A stretch of DNA of 64,000 bases, from contig NC_073382.1 of NCBI RefSeq assembly GCF_028641065.1, positions 37,138,001 through 37,202,000 of the forward strand, in the 5' to 3' direction. Both the position numbers and the translations under genes were made by a program. The notes under the pieces are model-generated. The model did no database searches. It had not been told where the DNA came from and was given only the letters and a program-made list of their open reading frames with translations. This document shows positions 36,947-48,792 of this stretch, piece by piece (positions within the stretch are counted from its first letter, which is position 1; the number at the start of each line of letters is the position of its first letter). The DNA is from Leucoraja erinacea. Its lineage: Eukaryota.

Positions 36947-37273
36947 GGGAGTACAGTGGCACATTTGGTAGAGCTGCTGCCTCACAGCATCAGAGACCCA
37001 AGTTCAATCCTAACCTCGGGGTGATGTCCATGTGGAATTTGCACCTTCTCCCTGTGACTGTATGTGTTTCCTCCAGGTGACCTGGTTTTCGACAATATCC
37101 CTAAGACATGTATTTTTAGAAGTTAACTGGCCTCTATAATTTACCCCAGGTGTGTACTGAATGGATGCAAAAATGAGATAACATATAACGTATCAATGGT
37201 GATTGATGATTGCCGTGGACTCAATGGACCAAAGGGCTAGTATCCATGCTGTATCTTTCAATCAATCAATCAA
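36947..37273 (+). mobile_element. HE1-like V-SINE
   Basis: Head GGTAGAGCTGCTGCCTCACAGCATCAGAGACCCAAGTTCAATCC; CR1-type tail with (TCAA)n. Confidence 0.85.
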
Positions 37274-37444
37274 TATACTATGGAATCATTCAACATTCGA
37301 TGAAACGTAAATGAAATAAAGGGATAAAAGGAAATAGGATCAAAAGGAATAAATGTGTTTGGCAGTATATATTTGGATGGAAAGTAAATAAGAAAATGGT
37401 TAGTATTGGCTGAATGTGTTGTAAATTATCTTTTCCTTAAAGCA

Positions 37445-37770
37445 GATATTTCTTGCAACCACAGGAAATGCTACACTTGTCGCTTTACCTCCCCCCTTGA
37501 CTCCATTCAAGGACCCAAGCAGTGTTTCCAGGTGCGGCAGAGGTACAACTGCACCTCCTCCAACCTCATCTATTGCATCCAGCTCTAGGTGTCAGTTGCT
37601 CTACGTCGGTGAGACCATGCATGGGCTTGGCAATCACTTCACCCAACACCTCCGCTCGGTTCGCAATAACCAAACTGATCTCCTGGTGGCTCAGCACTTC
37701 TACTCCCCCTCCCATTCCAAATCCGACCTTTCTATCTGGGACCTCTTCCATAGCCAGAGTGAGGCCCACC
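37445..37770 (+). mobile_element. Penelope-like GIY-YIG endonuclease fragment
   Basis: SCNHRKCYTC..FQVRQRYNCTSSNLIYCI / SRCQLLYVGET..HLRSV..LVAQHF fits the Penelope GIY-YIG signature. Confidence 0.88.
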
Positions 37771-38145
37771 GTGAGGCATCGCCCGGCATGGCTTTAATCG
37801 CCGCAGGACATTCGAATGCCTGCCGGGGGCTCCAACTTCGTGACATTTAGACCTGGAGCGGGGCCGCACATTATCCAGCGTGGCCTAAAATGGCCATGGG
37901 ACTTACCATCGCCCGCCTGGGGCTTCAACATCGGAAGAAAAATGGAGAGCAGGGGAGAGAAAAGACTTTGCCTTCCATCACAGTGAGGAGGAGGTTCACT
38001 GTGATGGATGTTTGTGCGAATTAAATTGGTTGTGTGTCTAGTAGGAATCATTTTTTGTTTGCATGGCTGTAGAAACAGAGTTTCGTTTGAGCCTCACTGA
38101 GGTTCAAATGACAATAAATATAGTAAAGTATTGTATTGTATTGTA
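37771..38145 (+). mobile_element. Non-autonomous retroposon 3' part with Rex-type tail
   Basis: ACTTTGCCTTCCATCACAGTG...TTTCGTTTGAGCC..GGTTCAAATGACAATAAA(GTATT)n; related to 25542-26189. Confidence 0.65.
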
Positions 38146-38539
38146 AGTATGCGAACAAAGGGTGAGAGATTAAAAATGCACTTGTTCATCTTGATATCCC
38201 TGAACGTAAAGTATAGGCATGTGTACCCACGGCAACAATTTATAATTTTGAAACAACATGCATAACTTTTGGATTCAATACATAAATGCCTCCATTTGGC
38301 ACATCATTTTATTTTAGTAATCTGATGGCTAAAGACTATTGGACGGCCAGATGATCCATTAAATTCAAGTTAGCCTTCTCCAGCTGCTTTTGAGTCCTTG
38401 TTAAACAAGCAGAACAATTTATCACCAGCCAATGCTGTAAGAATCTGGCTGATGCGATTTGGCTATGCAAAGTAGTTGTAGTAGTGGTATTAACGCAAAC
38501 TTCGAAACCTGTAAAATCTGGTCAGTCGTTCAGGTAAAT

Positions 38540-38595
38540 GCCTTAAGTTCTTTGACCTCCTGCCTATTTTCCATATAAAAATGGATGAATGCTAA
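38540..38595 (+). mobile_element. L2 LINE fragment, left part (split by Harbinger)
   Basis: ALSSLTSCLFSI*KWMNA joins NFLKLNDDKTE at 41129. Confidence 0.7.
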
Positions 38596-41127
38596 TGGCT
38601 AGATCTCACGGTGCGACCTGATGCAAGATGTCACCCGAGTGAAGTGGTCGTGGTCCAGTAAGAGTTCCGCACGATATAGCGGGAGGTAGATAAAGAGTTC
38701 CCACGGTACTCAGCAATTCTGTCATTTTTGCGAGTGACTTGTCCGTCTCCCGATCTTTCCCGTTAATCGTGAATGAACATCGTGGACTGTAGTGTAGTTA
38801 ATCACATGGCACAAATGATGTTACTTTGTTGTCACACACTATATTGGTTTTTTTCACCCGAGCTCTTTAATGAGCTGAAGAATAATCTGTGATTTTTTAG
38901 ACAAATGTTGTTTGGTGTGATGCACCTTCTCTCAATATGTGCAAGAAGTCGTATTTTTATTTTGTCAAATATGAATAAAGACTGTGTCTCACATTGACCG
39001 TGATGATTCTGTTATTTTGTGATCTACTGAGAGGTGAAACTTTCAGTCTGAAGAAGGCTCTCGACCCGAAACGCCACCCGTTCCTTCTCTCCAGAGATGC
39101 TGCCTGTCCCGCTGATTTGCTCCAAGCAACTGGTGTCTATCTTCAAAGGACTGACCACCGGGCTGGTTGTCGGGGCTGGCGTGTTGCGTTTCACAGACCG
39201 AACTTGGGACGGGACTGGAGTTGGGAGGGAAGGGTGGGGGAGTCGAGGGAGAGGAGGGGGAGACAGATGGGGGTGTCTTCATTTAGTGGCGGTGGGTGTC
39301 TGTCACTGAAACAGGCAGGTGTGATTTCACATTCACCTTGTGTGTGCCTCTCTCTCTCTCTCTTTCTCCTTCCCTCCCTCCCTCCCTCCCTCTCACACAG
39401 GCATGAATGGATGAACTCCGCGGGCCAGGCAGCATCTACGGAGGGAAATGGACAGGCGACCCATTCTTCAGGCTGCCTTATGTCTCTCTCTCCCCCTCCC
39501 CCCAACTCCCACCCACACACACGAATGCTGGAGAAACTCAGCGGGTGCAGCGGGTGCATCTATGCCAAAACATTGTCTATTTCCTTCGGAAATAGATGCT
39601 GCTGCACCCGCTGAGTTTCTCCAGCATTTGCGTGTGTGGGTGGGAGTTGGGGGGGGGGGAGAGAGACATAAGGCAGCCTGAAGAATGGGTCGCCTGTCCA
39701 TTTCCCTCCGTAGATGCTGCCTGGCCCGCGGAGTTCATCCATTCATGCCTGTGTGAGAGGGAGGGAGGGAGGGAAGGAGGGAGAAAGAGAGAGAGAGAGA
39801 GGCACACACAAGGTGAATGTAAAATCTCACCTGCCTGTTTCAGTGAGAGACACCCACCGCCACTAAATGAAGACACCCCCATCTGTCTCCCCCTCCTCTC
39901 CCTCAACTCCCCCACCTTTCCCTCCCAACTCCAGCCCCGTCCCGACCCCCTGGGAAACTGAAGGTTTCCCGCTGTAATTAAAGAGTTCCCACGGTAGACT
40001 GTAAAACTGGGACCCTGGTTCTGGACTCCACCAACATCGGGAACATTCTTCCTCCATCTAGCCTGTCCAATCCTGTAGATACGATTAGACAGGTATCTAG
40101 TTTTTTAATTCAATTAATGATTTCTATCGCCCAGCCTCTCATCTTTCAATCGGGTTCGGCCAGGAAGGATCTGCAGATGCTGGATTAAAATGAAGATAGA
40201 CACAATATGTAGCTCAGCGGGACAAGCAGCATATCAGAAGGGTCTCGACCTGAAATGTCACCCATTCCTTCTCCCAAAAGATGCTGCCTGCCATCGAGTT
40301 ACTCATTCTCTTTAAACCGGCATCTGCTGTTCCTTCCGACACATGCACAAGAAATAGGCAACTTTTCGGGCCGAAACGTTGCCTATTTCCTTCGTTCCAT
40401 AGATGCTGCAGCACTCGCTGAGTTTCTGCAGCATTTGTGTGTGTGGGTGGCAGTTGGGGGGGGTGGGGGGTGTAGAGAGATAAGGCAGCCTGAGGAAAGG
40501 CTCGCCTGTAAATTTCCCTCCGTAGATGCTGCCTGGCCCACGGAGTTCCTCCAGTTAGAAACTGCTTTCAGACAAAAAGAGACACAAACTGCTGGAGTAC
40601 AATAGCTCAGCAAGTGAGAGTACAATAGCTCAGCAACACTCAAAAATGAAAAAGAATAAAAATGTGATTATTTCACCTCCCTTCAACTATTTTGTGTTTC
40701 AGCATGAGAGGGATTATAACATTAGAGACATTCCTCTTGTAGTGATGTGTTAATGAAGAGTTGCAGACATCAATCTGATAGTAATAAATATATTTATTTA
40801 ACCTCACCTTATGTCCCTTCTGTCAAGCTTCCGGGTTTGCCGTTTGCAGGAGTTCCCACGGTACTCGTAAGAGTCATTACGGATATCGCACGGATATCGC
40901 ACTGGCATCTGCACTCATACAATGTTGCAACGCTGCTCAAGACACTCTTGGAGAAATTCAAAAATGTTTGAATTTTCTCCCGACCTTACCAAGTCACACG
41001 ACTGCCTGCCGTCAGCGCCACGGAGGTCCTCGGTGGTCCACGAATGCCGTACTGCTATCGCAGAAGGTTCCCACGATGTTAAACTCTTGTTAGGTCTTGC
41101 TTCAGGTCGCACCGTGAGAAAGCCCTT
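38596..41127. mobile_element. Composite non-autonomous PIF/Harbinger element carrying captured repeats
   Basis: TIRs TCTCACGGTGCGACCTGA (~38604) and TCAGGTCGCACCGTGAGA (~41102); TAA on both sides; removal restores the L2 frame WMNANFLKLN. Confidence 0.82.
39206..39943. repeat. Long near-perfect inverted repeat (arms ~345 bp, spacer ~49 bp)
   Basis: 39206-39551 is the reverse complement of 39601-39943; mirror ORFs MDELRGPGSIYGGKW.. appear on both strands. Confidence 0.95.
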
Positions 41128-41745
41128 TAACTTTCTTAAACTCAACGATGACAAGACAGAAATTTTATTTCTTGTATCAAAACCACAAAAGAGAGATATT
41201 ACTCGGTAAACTGGGAAATTTGACTGCCTATGTCAAACAAGAAGTCACAAGCCTGGGTGTAAAAATTTACAATGATCTTAATTTTAAATCTCAAATAAGG
41301 TACCAAAGTGTGCTTTCTATCACCTCAGAAATATTGCTAAAATACGATATTTCTTAACTCAACATGACTGTGAAAAACTCATATATGCTTTCATATCAAG
41401 CCGACTTGATTACTGACTTGTCTTATTTACCGGTTTGTCTTCAAAATCCACCAACGTTACAGCTCATTCAAAATGCCGCAGCCCGGTTCTTAACAAATAC
41501 CAAGAAAAGGGGACATATCACCCCAGTATTATATTCCCTTCATTGGCTCCCTGCGAGATCCAGGATAGACTATAAGGTCTTCCTTGTCTATAATGCCCTA
41601 CATGGCATAAGAGCAGCATATTTTACAGAGTCCCTCCTTCCCTCTGCCCCTACTCAAGCACTCAGGTCTTCTGATGCTGGACTGTTAGCAACAATGACGC
41701 AGCAAAACAAAAATTGGTGAAGCAGCCTTTTTCAATTACTAAAAA
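41128..41745 (+). mobile_element. L2 LINE ORF2 C-terminal fragment
   Basis: NFLKLNDDKTE, LQLIQNAAARFLT..HITPVLYSLHWLP..RIDYK, LRSS. Confidence 0.9.
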
Positions 41746-41854
41746 GATAAAATAAAATTATAACAAGTGGCTAAATGGGGGAATGTGCTTGATAAGATTA
41801 TCAAATATTCCAGAAACTTTGTGAATTTAAGGGAGTGAGTAATATACAAGGTCT

Positions 41855-41976
41855 GTAGGAAAGAACTGCAGATGCTGGTTTAAATCGAAGGTAGACACAA
41901 AATGCTGGAGTAATTCAGCGGGACAGACAGCATCTCTGGAGAGAAGGAATGGGTGACATTTTGGGTCGATATCTTT
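41855..41976 (-). mobile_element. Penelope-derived short element (single arm) with a 15-bp TSD
   Basis: Flanked by TAATATACAAGGTCT (41840-41854) and TAATATGCAAGGTCT (41977-41991). Confidence 0.8.
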
Positions 41977-42859
41977 TAATATGCAAGGTCTTCAAGCTCT
42001 GGCAATGACCTATACCTATTTCGGTTGCTATTCCAGACCCCAACCCTGGCTCCGGATATGCACTCGGCCCAAAGGCTGAATGCCAGCCCCAACAGCCTTG
42101 TAAACCTGAGTTACAAAACCATTATTTTCCTTCAAATTTGAATTCAATTTGCTCTGCCATATTTTTTTGAAAAGCCCGGTCATATGACACTCTCTCAAGC
42201 TCTTCCTAAAGTCTATACAGACTCGTTCCTTTACTACATGCACTATTTAATGTATACTCATATTTAGTGCTCATATTTAGTGCATACTCATATTTCAGAA
42301 ATGTTTCACAAGTAGAATTTTAAAACTGTAAATATTTTATTAAAGAGACAAAAACAAGATAAATTACAGCTGGTGAGACCGGCATTTAGTACATTATTCT
42401 CCAAATCACAGCTGGAACATTCGATCAATTAATTTTTCTTAAATTTTTCTTAACAAAACCTCAATAAAACTAGCATCTTTTAAATTTAGTATACAATACA
42501 TATCTGATAAATATGGAATATTTGTGGTATATCATCTTTATTGTACAACCATATAAACCAGTCAAAATTGATGCTTTGCATTTATTAAAAGTTATGATAA
42601 AACTTCATAAAAGCCATCAGCACTATAATAAATTAGATTACCACCTTAATGAGACGATCATAGGAATTAGTTAATCATGGCTTCTGTTTCCAGTGTGCTT
42701 TGAGTTGGTTTTGTCAGTTTAGACAGTGACTGATGTGAAAAACTATCCATTCGGCTAGATGGTTTGTTATTGGTAGAAGTTTAGTCATTTAGTAGGGAAT
42801 GGACTGAGTATTTGTTTTCTCTTCAGCATGTGTGAACTTATGCAGAAGGTTTGCTTGCT

Positions 42860-43170
42860 AGGAGGAAACAGCCCCTTCAGCCTACCATGGCAATGCCAAC
42901 CATCAACCACTCATACATACTAGTTTCATGTTATCCTACTTTCTTATACACATTCTACGCACTCGGGACAATTTACAGAGGCCAATTATCCGTCAAATCT
43001 GAAAGTCTTTGACATGTGGGAGAAAACCCAAGAACTCACAGGAAACCCACACAGTCATAGGGAGAATGTACAAACTCCACACAGACAGCATATGAGGTCA
43101 AGATCGAACCCGGGTCATGGGTTTCTGGCATTGTGAGGCAGCATCTCTACCAGCTGTGCCATGTGCTGCC
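42860..43170 (-). mobile_element. HE1-like V-SINE
   Basis: Reverse complement of the SINE head and V-domain (GAACCCGGGTC..GGCAGCATCTCTACC; GGGAGAATGTACAAACTCCACACAGACAGC). Confidence 0.85.
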
Positions 43171-43881
43171 TTAAGGAGTGGTTCAGTTAAAAACCATAGC
43201 CATTAATTGTGTAATGTTTTTCTTTTGTTGTAGTATAATTAATCTATTTGCAGATTGTACACGTCTGGTTTCCGGTGCTGCACGGCATCGACAGTTTCAT
43301 ACATTTATGCTGGGAAATGCAAGTTCAATCTGTGGTTAAGAGAAAGTAGAATTATTGGCGAAGATGTTCCATAAATGAGACAGCAATATTATTGTGCAAT
43401 ATGTAAAAATAATTTATATATACTGTTTCTTATCAAAAGCACATATTTAAAGTGCAAGCTATGCTATGAGGTAAGTGAGTTTTACATCCAGTTTATGCAC
43501 AAGAAAAACATAAACATCAAATGTGTGAATGATTTGATAATATATTTTTATTTTCATCTACCAAAGAATGCTGACAAGAAAATGAAGGCACCCCCCTGCA
43601 CTTCTACGGAGTGGTGCTGAACATTTTCCCCTTCAAGTAAATGGGTAGATGATATTTGGTCTCGCATAATTATCACTTCTGTATGTGTGGCATTATTTAA
43701 ATAGCCCTTCAAACAATTTTAAATGGCAGCACACAACACACATAACTTAATCTGCTTAATCCTATTTTCCCCGTCTTTCTTTTTTAAACAAGCATTTTTA
43801 TAATCCTCTTTTAAATATTCTGATTGATTTAGCTTCAGTAGAAAATGTTGATAAAGCATTCATATATCGAGGGGAATTCAG

Positions 43882-44511
43882 AACGAGAGGATTTGAGTAT
43901 AGGAGTAAAGAAGTCCTTCTGTAGTTTTACAGGACCCTGATGAGACCACATCTAGAGTATTGTTTGAAGTTTTGGTCCCCTATTTTGAGTAAGGACATCT
44001 TTGCTATTGAGGGAGTGCAGCGTAGGTTCACCAAATTAATCCCCGGGATGGCGGGACTGACATATGAAGAAAGATTGGAAATACTGAGCTTGTATTCACT
44101 GAAATTTAGAAGGATGAGAGGGATTCTTATAGAAACATATGAAATTATAAAAGGACTGGACAAGCTAGATGCAGGAAAAATGTTCCCAATGTTGAAGGAG
44201 TCCGGAAGCAGGGGCCACAGTTTAAGAATAAAGGGAGGCCATTTAAAACTGAGATGAGAAAAAAACGTTTTCACCCAGAGAGTTGTGAATTTGTGGAATT
44301 CTCTGCCACAGAAGGCAGTAGAGGCCAATTCACTGGATGAATTCAAAGGAGAGTTAGATAGAGCTCTAGGGGCTAACAAAATCAAGGGATATGGGGAGAA
44401 AATAGGCACAGGTTACTGATTGTGGATGATCAGCCGTGATCACAATGAATGGCGGTGCTGGCTCGAAGGGCAAAATGGCCTCCTCCTGCACCTATTTTCT
44501 ATGTTTCTATA
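43882..44511 (+). mobile_element. CR1 LINE 3' fragment
   Basis: ORF 43940-44257 RPHLEYC..FWSP; TTTCTATG tail. Confidence 0.95.
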
Positions 44512-45029
44512 TCTAATAGCACATATGAAAACCTTTCAGTTAATCACACCCTTTCATGCTTCAAGTGCTAATCCTTTATTTATGGTTTTATGCTATTAGC
44601 TCATTAGTCAGTGGATAGGGCCGATCCTTGGAGCAAAGCACTTAAATCCATTGATACTTCATTTTGGTGATGCAATAATGCTTAGTTGCAGGATTATATT
44701 TCACTAAAATAAGAGAACAGAGAAATTTATTTCCTTTTTAAATGATAAAAATGGATCATGTTATCTAGTACAGAAGGCCTTAGGACATGCTCAAATTCCC
44801 TGTCTAATAACTGCATTCAGATATATTTTAGAAAAGCATTTTAATTTCAGTTCATGGTGAAATCTTTCTGCTGATTGGACTGTTAAAGCATAGCAGACTT
44901 TCTGAATAATTAAAAAGGTAAGAAAGGGTGTTATTGTGGCAGCACTGGGTGATGGACCACGCATCCCCTTCCTGCCTATGGATAGTAACAAACTATCCAA
45001 CGGATAATAACAAACTATCCATTTTCCTA

Positions 45030-45779
45030 ACAATCCACCAGCGGCCGATAAGTATGGCGGCCTGAAGGCGCTGCTGCACCATACCTTCAGCCTCAGTCCG
45101 ATGGCGCGTGCGGCCCGCATTTACAACATGGGCAGGCTCGGCGACCGTATCGGCAACCGTAAATCATTGGCCCGAATGAGTGAGATGCTCTCACTCATGG
45201 ATGGACACCACTACTGCATGCTTTCTGAATATACCGTATCTGCCGTAGATGCCCCAATGGTGATGAGGGAGAGCTGGAGGAAGATTATGCCCTACACGTT
45301 CACCAGGTAGCAGGAGGGGGACCTTGAGGAATGGTTCCAGCAGAATGCCTTCCTGTACGAAAAGGAACATGAGGGGTACAGGGACAGGGACAAGAATGGC
45401 ATGCTTCTCATCCACTGCCCCACATGTGTGCTTAAAGTTCCATCTTTTGTCAAAGCCCAGCGTCACTCTCTTCCAGTCATCTGGTGTACTGCGATAGTCC
45501 ATCACATCATCTCCATTCACCCATTGAGACTTCTTCTTGTAAAACATACATGGTCGAAGCCAGTGTTCAACATATTCGAAGGAGGTCGAAGGAGGTCTTC
45601 TTCGTAGTCGTGGGAGATCTTCAACATAGTCGTGGGAGGTCTTCAACAGTCGTAGGAGGTCGTAGACATAGTCGTGGAAGGTCGTAGGAGGTCGTAGGTT
45701 GTCACAACCTTGATTTGTATTAGGTCGTTTAAAGTCATCGGAGGTCGCGAATTAGGTCGTGAAAGTAGGACAGGGGCTT
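45030..45779 (-). mobile_element. PIF/Harbinger transposon remnant with transposase fragment
   Basis: ORF 45191-45646 contains TPDDWKRVTLGFDKRWNFKHTCGAVDEKH (Harbinger WNFP.C.GAIDGKH first catalytic motif); TIR AGTAGGACAGGGGCT|TTA at ~45765-45782. Confidence 0.82.
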
Positions 45780-47036
45780 TAAGCATTCTTAGAAATAAAA
45801 AAGTTAGATGTTTTTTAAACTCATTATAGGTTACATTTCATTTTATTAAAACTGAACGTTCCAAACAGCTTATCCACTGATGTAAATTGTATGTGGTTCA
45901 TTTGTGCTAAGTTTCTCCATTGTGGATGGAATCCATTTCAGTGACTGTTTCGTATCTATAATTTATTACAATAAGAGTTTGGAAAACAGAAAATAAATCA
46001 TAAGTGGGTTTGGAATTTTTCTTCGGACATCACATAACTTGAGCAGCATTCTATAAAAACATTTATCCAATCCATTTAATATTTGGTTGCAATTCAGATA
46101 AAGAATGTAATATCAGATAGCCAAAATAGCAAACAACCGATACCCTTAAATTACATTGTAGCCCAAAAAGCAATTATACAGAAGTATCCCGAATAGAATG
46201 TGTGGTTAGTGCATATCACGTGGTAAAATCTGGGTCTGGGATCTGGGTTACATGGCCAAGATTTAATCAATGGGATACTTTGAGTAAATGTGTACCACAG
46301 TATTGATTGATTAAGAGTTGATGAAAATGTAATGAAGGGAACCAGCCTGTTTCTGCGCATGTTTTGATGAGCTTCTCTGGCACTTTATTACATTCATTGA
46401 ATTATTGGTTCTTTGCAATTCTGTGTAATACAATCAATGCCGATTCTGCTGTGACAGCTAACAACCTCCATTCTATACAGAACAGATTACCTTTCTAGAT
46501 CAAAGGATTTTAATCACAATGGTCCATACTGTTTAATTGGCAAAATTAAACTGACATTTCAAAATGGTAAATGCAGATGTGAAAGACTGAAGCAAATACC
46601 AATGAATTTGTTTTCTTTTCAATTGAATAACGTTCAGCTGCATTTAACAGGAATTCCAACAGTTAAGCGCCTGTCCCACTTGGCTGTCATTCGCGCGCCA
46701 TTTACGAGACCTGCTGCGTGTGGGTAGCGTGTGGGTAGCGTGTGGGTAGCACGTGGGTAGTGCGTGGGTAGCACAGGACGGGCACATGGAGTGGTGTGGA
46801 TGGGTTTGGAGTGGCGTGGAGGGGTGTGGATTTGTCCTGAACGAATGCGCCACCGGCCTGTCGCGTAACTGACGGCTAAAGTGGGACAGGCCCAAGACCC
46901 TGGTGTGGCGCAACATCTCATCTCCAACAGCACCAATGGCAGGCAAACGACTGCCGAACTCGGCCTGGGGCTCACGTCCGTTGCGGATCCGTTTCCGCCC
47001 CCACCTACTCCCAGAGCGGTGCCAAGACGATTGGAG

Positions 47037-47224
47037 ATAGACACAAAATGCAGGAGTAACTCAGCGGGACTGGCAGCATCTCTGGAGAGAAGCAATGGGT
47101 GACGTTTCGGGGCGAGACCCTTCTTCAGACCTGAGGAGAGTCTCGACCTGAAATATCATCCATTCCTTCTCTCCAGAGATGCTGCCGGTCCCGCTGAGTT
47201 ACTCCTGTATTTTGTGTCCATCTT
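47037..47224. mobile_element. Penelope-derived palindromic element with hammerhead-like motifs on both strands
   Basis: Arms GACACAAAATG..GGGT / ..CATTCC..TTTTGTGTC; minus strand CTGAAGAAGGGTCTCGCCCCGAAACGTC (47101-47128); plus strand CTGAGGAGAGTCTCGACCTGAAATATC (47131-47157). Confidence 0.8.
47101..47128 (-). ncRNA. Candidate minimal type-I hammerhead ribozyme motif (Penelope-type)
   Basis: CUGAAGA-[A GGG UCUCGC CCC]-GAAAC-GUC, with short stem I GGU/ACC; activity untested. Confidence 0.55.
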
Positions 47225-48106
47225 TAGATTCAGATTCAGATTCAGATTCAACTTTAATTGTACAGTACAGAGACAATGAAATGCAGTTAGCATTTCTCTG
47301 GAAGAGCGACATAGAATATGAGCAATAAATACATCTATTTACATGCATACAGTCATAGTATTTTCCTTTTGGGAGGAGTGTCCGGGGGGGGGGGGGGGGG
47401 GGGGGGTGATTGGCAATCACCGAGGTACATTGTTGAGTAGTGTGACAGCTGCAGGGAAGAAGCTGTTCCTGGACCTGCTGGTCCGGCAACGGAGAGACCT
47501 GTAGCGCCTCCCGGATGGTAGGAGGGTAAACAGTCTATGGTTGGGGTGAGAGCAGTCCTTGGCGATGCTGAGCGCCCTTCGCAGACAACGCTTGCTTTGG
47601 ACAGACTCAATGGAGCGGAGTGAGGAACCGGTGATGCATTGGGCAATTTTTACCACCCTCTGCAGTGCTTTCCGGCCGGAGACAGAGCAGTTACCATACC
47701 ATACTGTGATACAGTTGGTAAGGATGCTTTCAATGATGCAGCGGTAGAAGTTCAACAGAATCTGGGGAGACAGATGGACCTTCTTCAGTCTCCTCAGGAA
47801 GAAGAGACGCTGGTGAGCCTTCTTGACCAGAGTTGAGGTATTGTGGGTCCAAGGGAGGTCATCGGAGATGTTGACCCCCAGGAACCTGAAGCTGGAAACA
47901 CATTCCACCTCCATCCCGTTAATGTGGATGGGGGTGTGCGTGCCGCCCTTCGACTTCCTGAAGTCTACAATGAGCTCCTTGGTCTTCCTGGAGTTAAGGG
48001 CCAGGTTGTTGTCAGCGCACCATGCTGCTAGGAGCTGGACCTCCTCCCTATAGGCCAACTCATCGTTGTTGCTGATGAGGCCAATCACCATTGTATCATC
48101 TGCATA
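47225..48106 (-). mobile_element. Young Rex1/Babar LINE 3' fragment
   Basis: Uninterrupted ORF 47417-48091 preceded by KYADDT: VIGLISNNDE..WC.DNNLALN..KTKELIVDFRK..LPSGRRYRS; (TCTGAA)n tail. Confidence 0.93.
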
Positions 48107-48664
48107 CTTGAGACATCACTCGCTCCAGACGGCTTTGCAGATGCATGATGACGCGCGCGACCGTTGCGCGACTGTTGCGCGTCAGTCACTACAGGCCTGT
48201 TGCGTAAATGATGGCCCAAGTGGGACAGGCCCTTTAGCAAGTTGGTGACATTGCAGTAATGATTGTCGAGATTTTCTTTGTTCGATATTATGTGTGAAAC
48301 AGTGAACAAGATGGTTGAATTTTGCTCAGTGAAATTTACAGTGTTGTTCTTTTAAAAACAGCATTGCATTCACTAGCACCAATTACAGCTGAATGTTCCT
48401 GTTAATTCCTGTAAATGCAGTAGTTAGGATCCCAAACAACCCTTCATTATTCCAAAGGTATATGGAAAAATGTATTGTAATACCTTGCCATCATGGGCAT
48501 ACCAGCTGTTGTTTCTGATGAGATTAAAAAAAACAGAAACTAATTGATGAAGCTAATCCTTTCTGCAAAGTTCTTGTGATTCAAAAGCAAACTGTGCTTG
48601 TTTTGTTTTGACAACCTGAAACATACAAGTAGACACTTACAAGTCATTCACACAATGGCCATTT

Positions 48665-48792
48665 GTGTAAGAAGGAACTGCAGATGCTGGTTTACACCGA
48701 AGATAGACTCAAAATGTTGGAGCAACTCAGCGGGGATAGCAGCATTCTATCCCGCGATGTTCACTGTCCCACTGAATTACTCCAGCATTTTA
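48665..48792. mobile_element. Penelope-derived palindromic element, centre deleted
   Basis: GTAAGAAGGAACTGCAGATGCTGG...TGTCCCACTGAATTACTCCAGCATTTT. Confidence 0.7.

Larger units (their letters stand above)
46666..48233. mobile_element. Composite PIF/Harbinger MITE with a nested Penelope-derived palindrome and Rex1 insertion
   Basis: TTA|AGCGCCTGTCCCACTTGG...CCAAGTGGGACAGGCCCT|TTA; internal TIR copy AAGTGGGACAGGCCC at ~46879-46893. Confidence 0.85.

Noticed and set aside
38994-39961. Cluster of overlapping ORFs on both strands
   Set aside because: They are mirror products of the palindrome and Penelope-derived repeats.
43254-43470. Possible exon with TTTGCAG acceptor and GAG|GTAAGT donor
   Set aside because: The frames I translated contain stops; at most a non-coding exon, which sequence alone cannot support.
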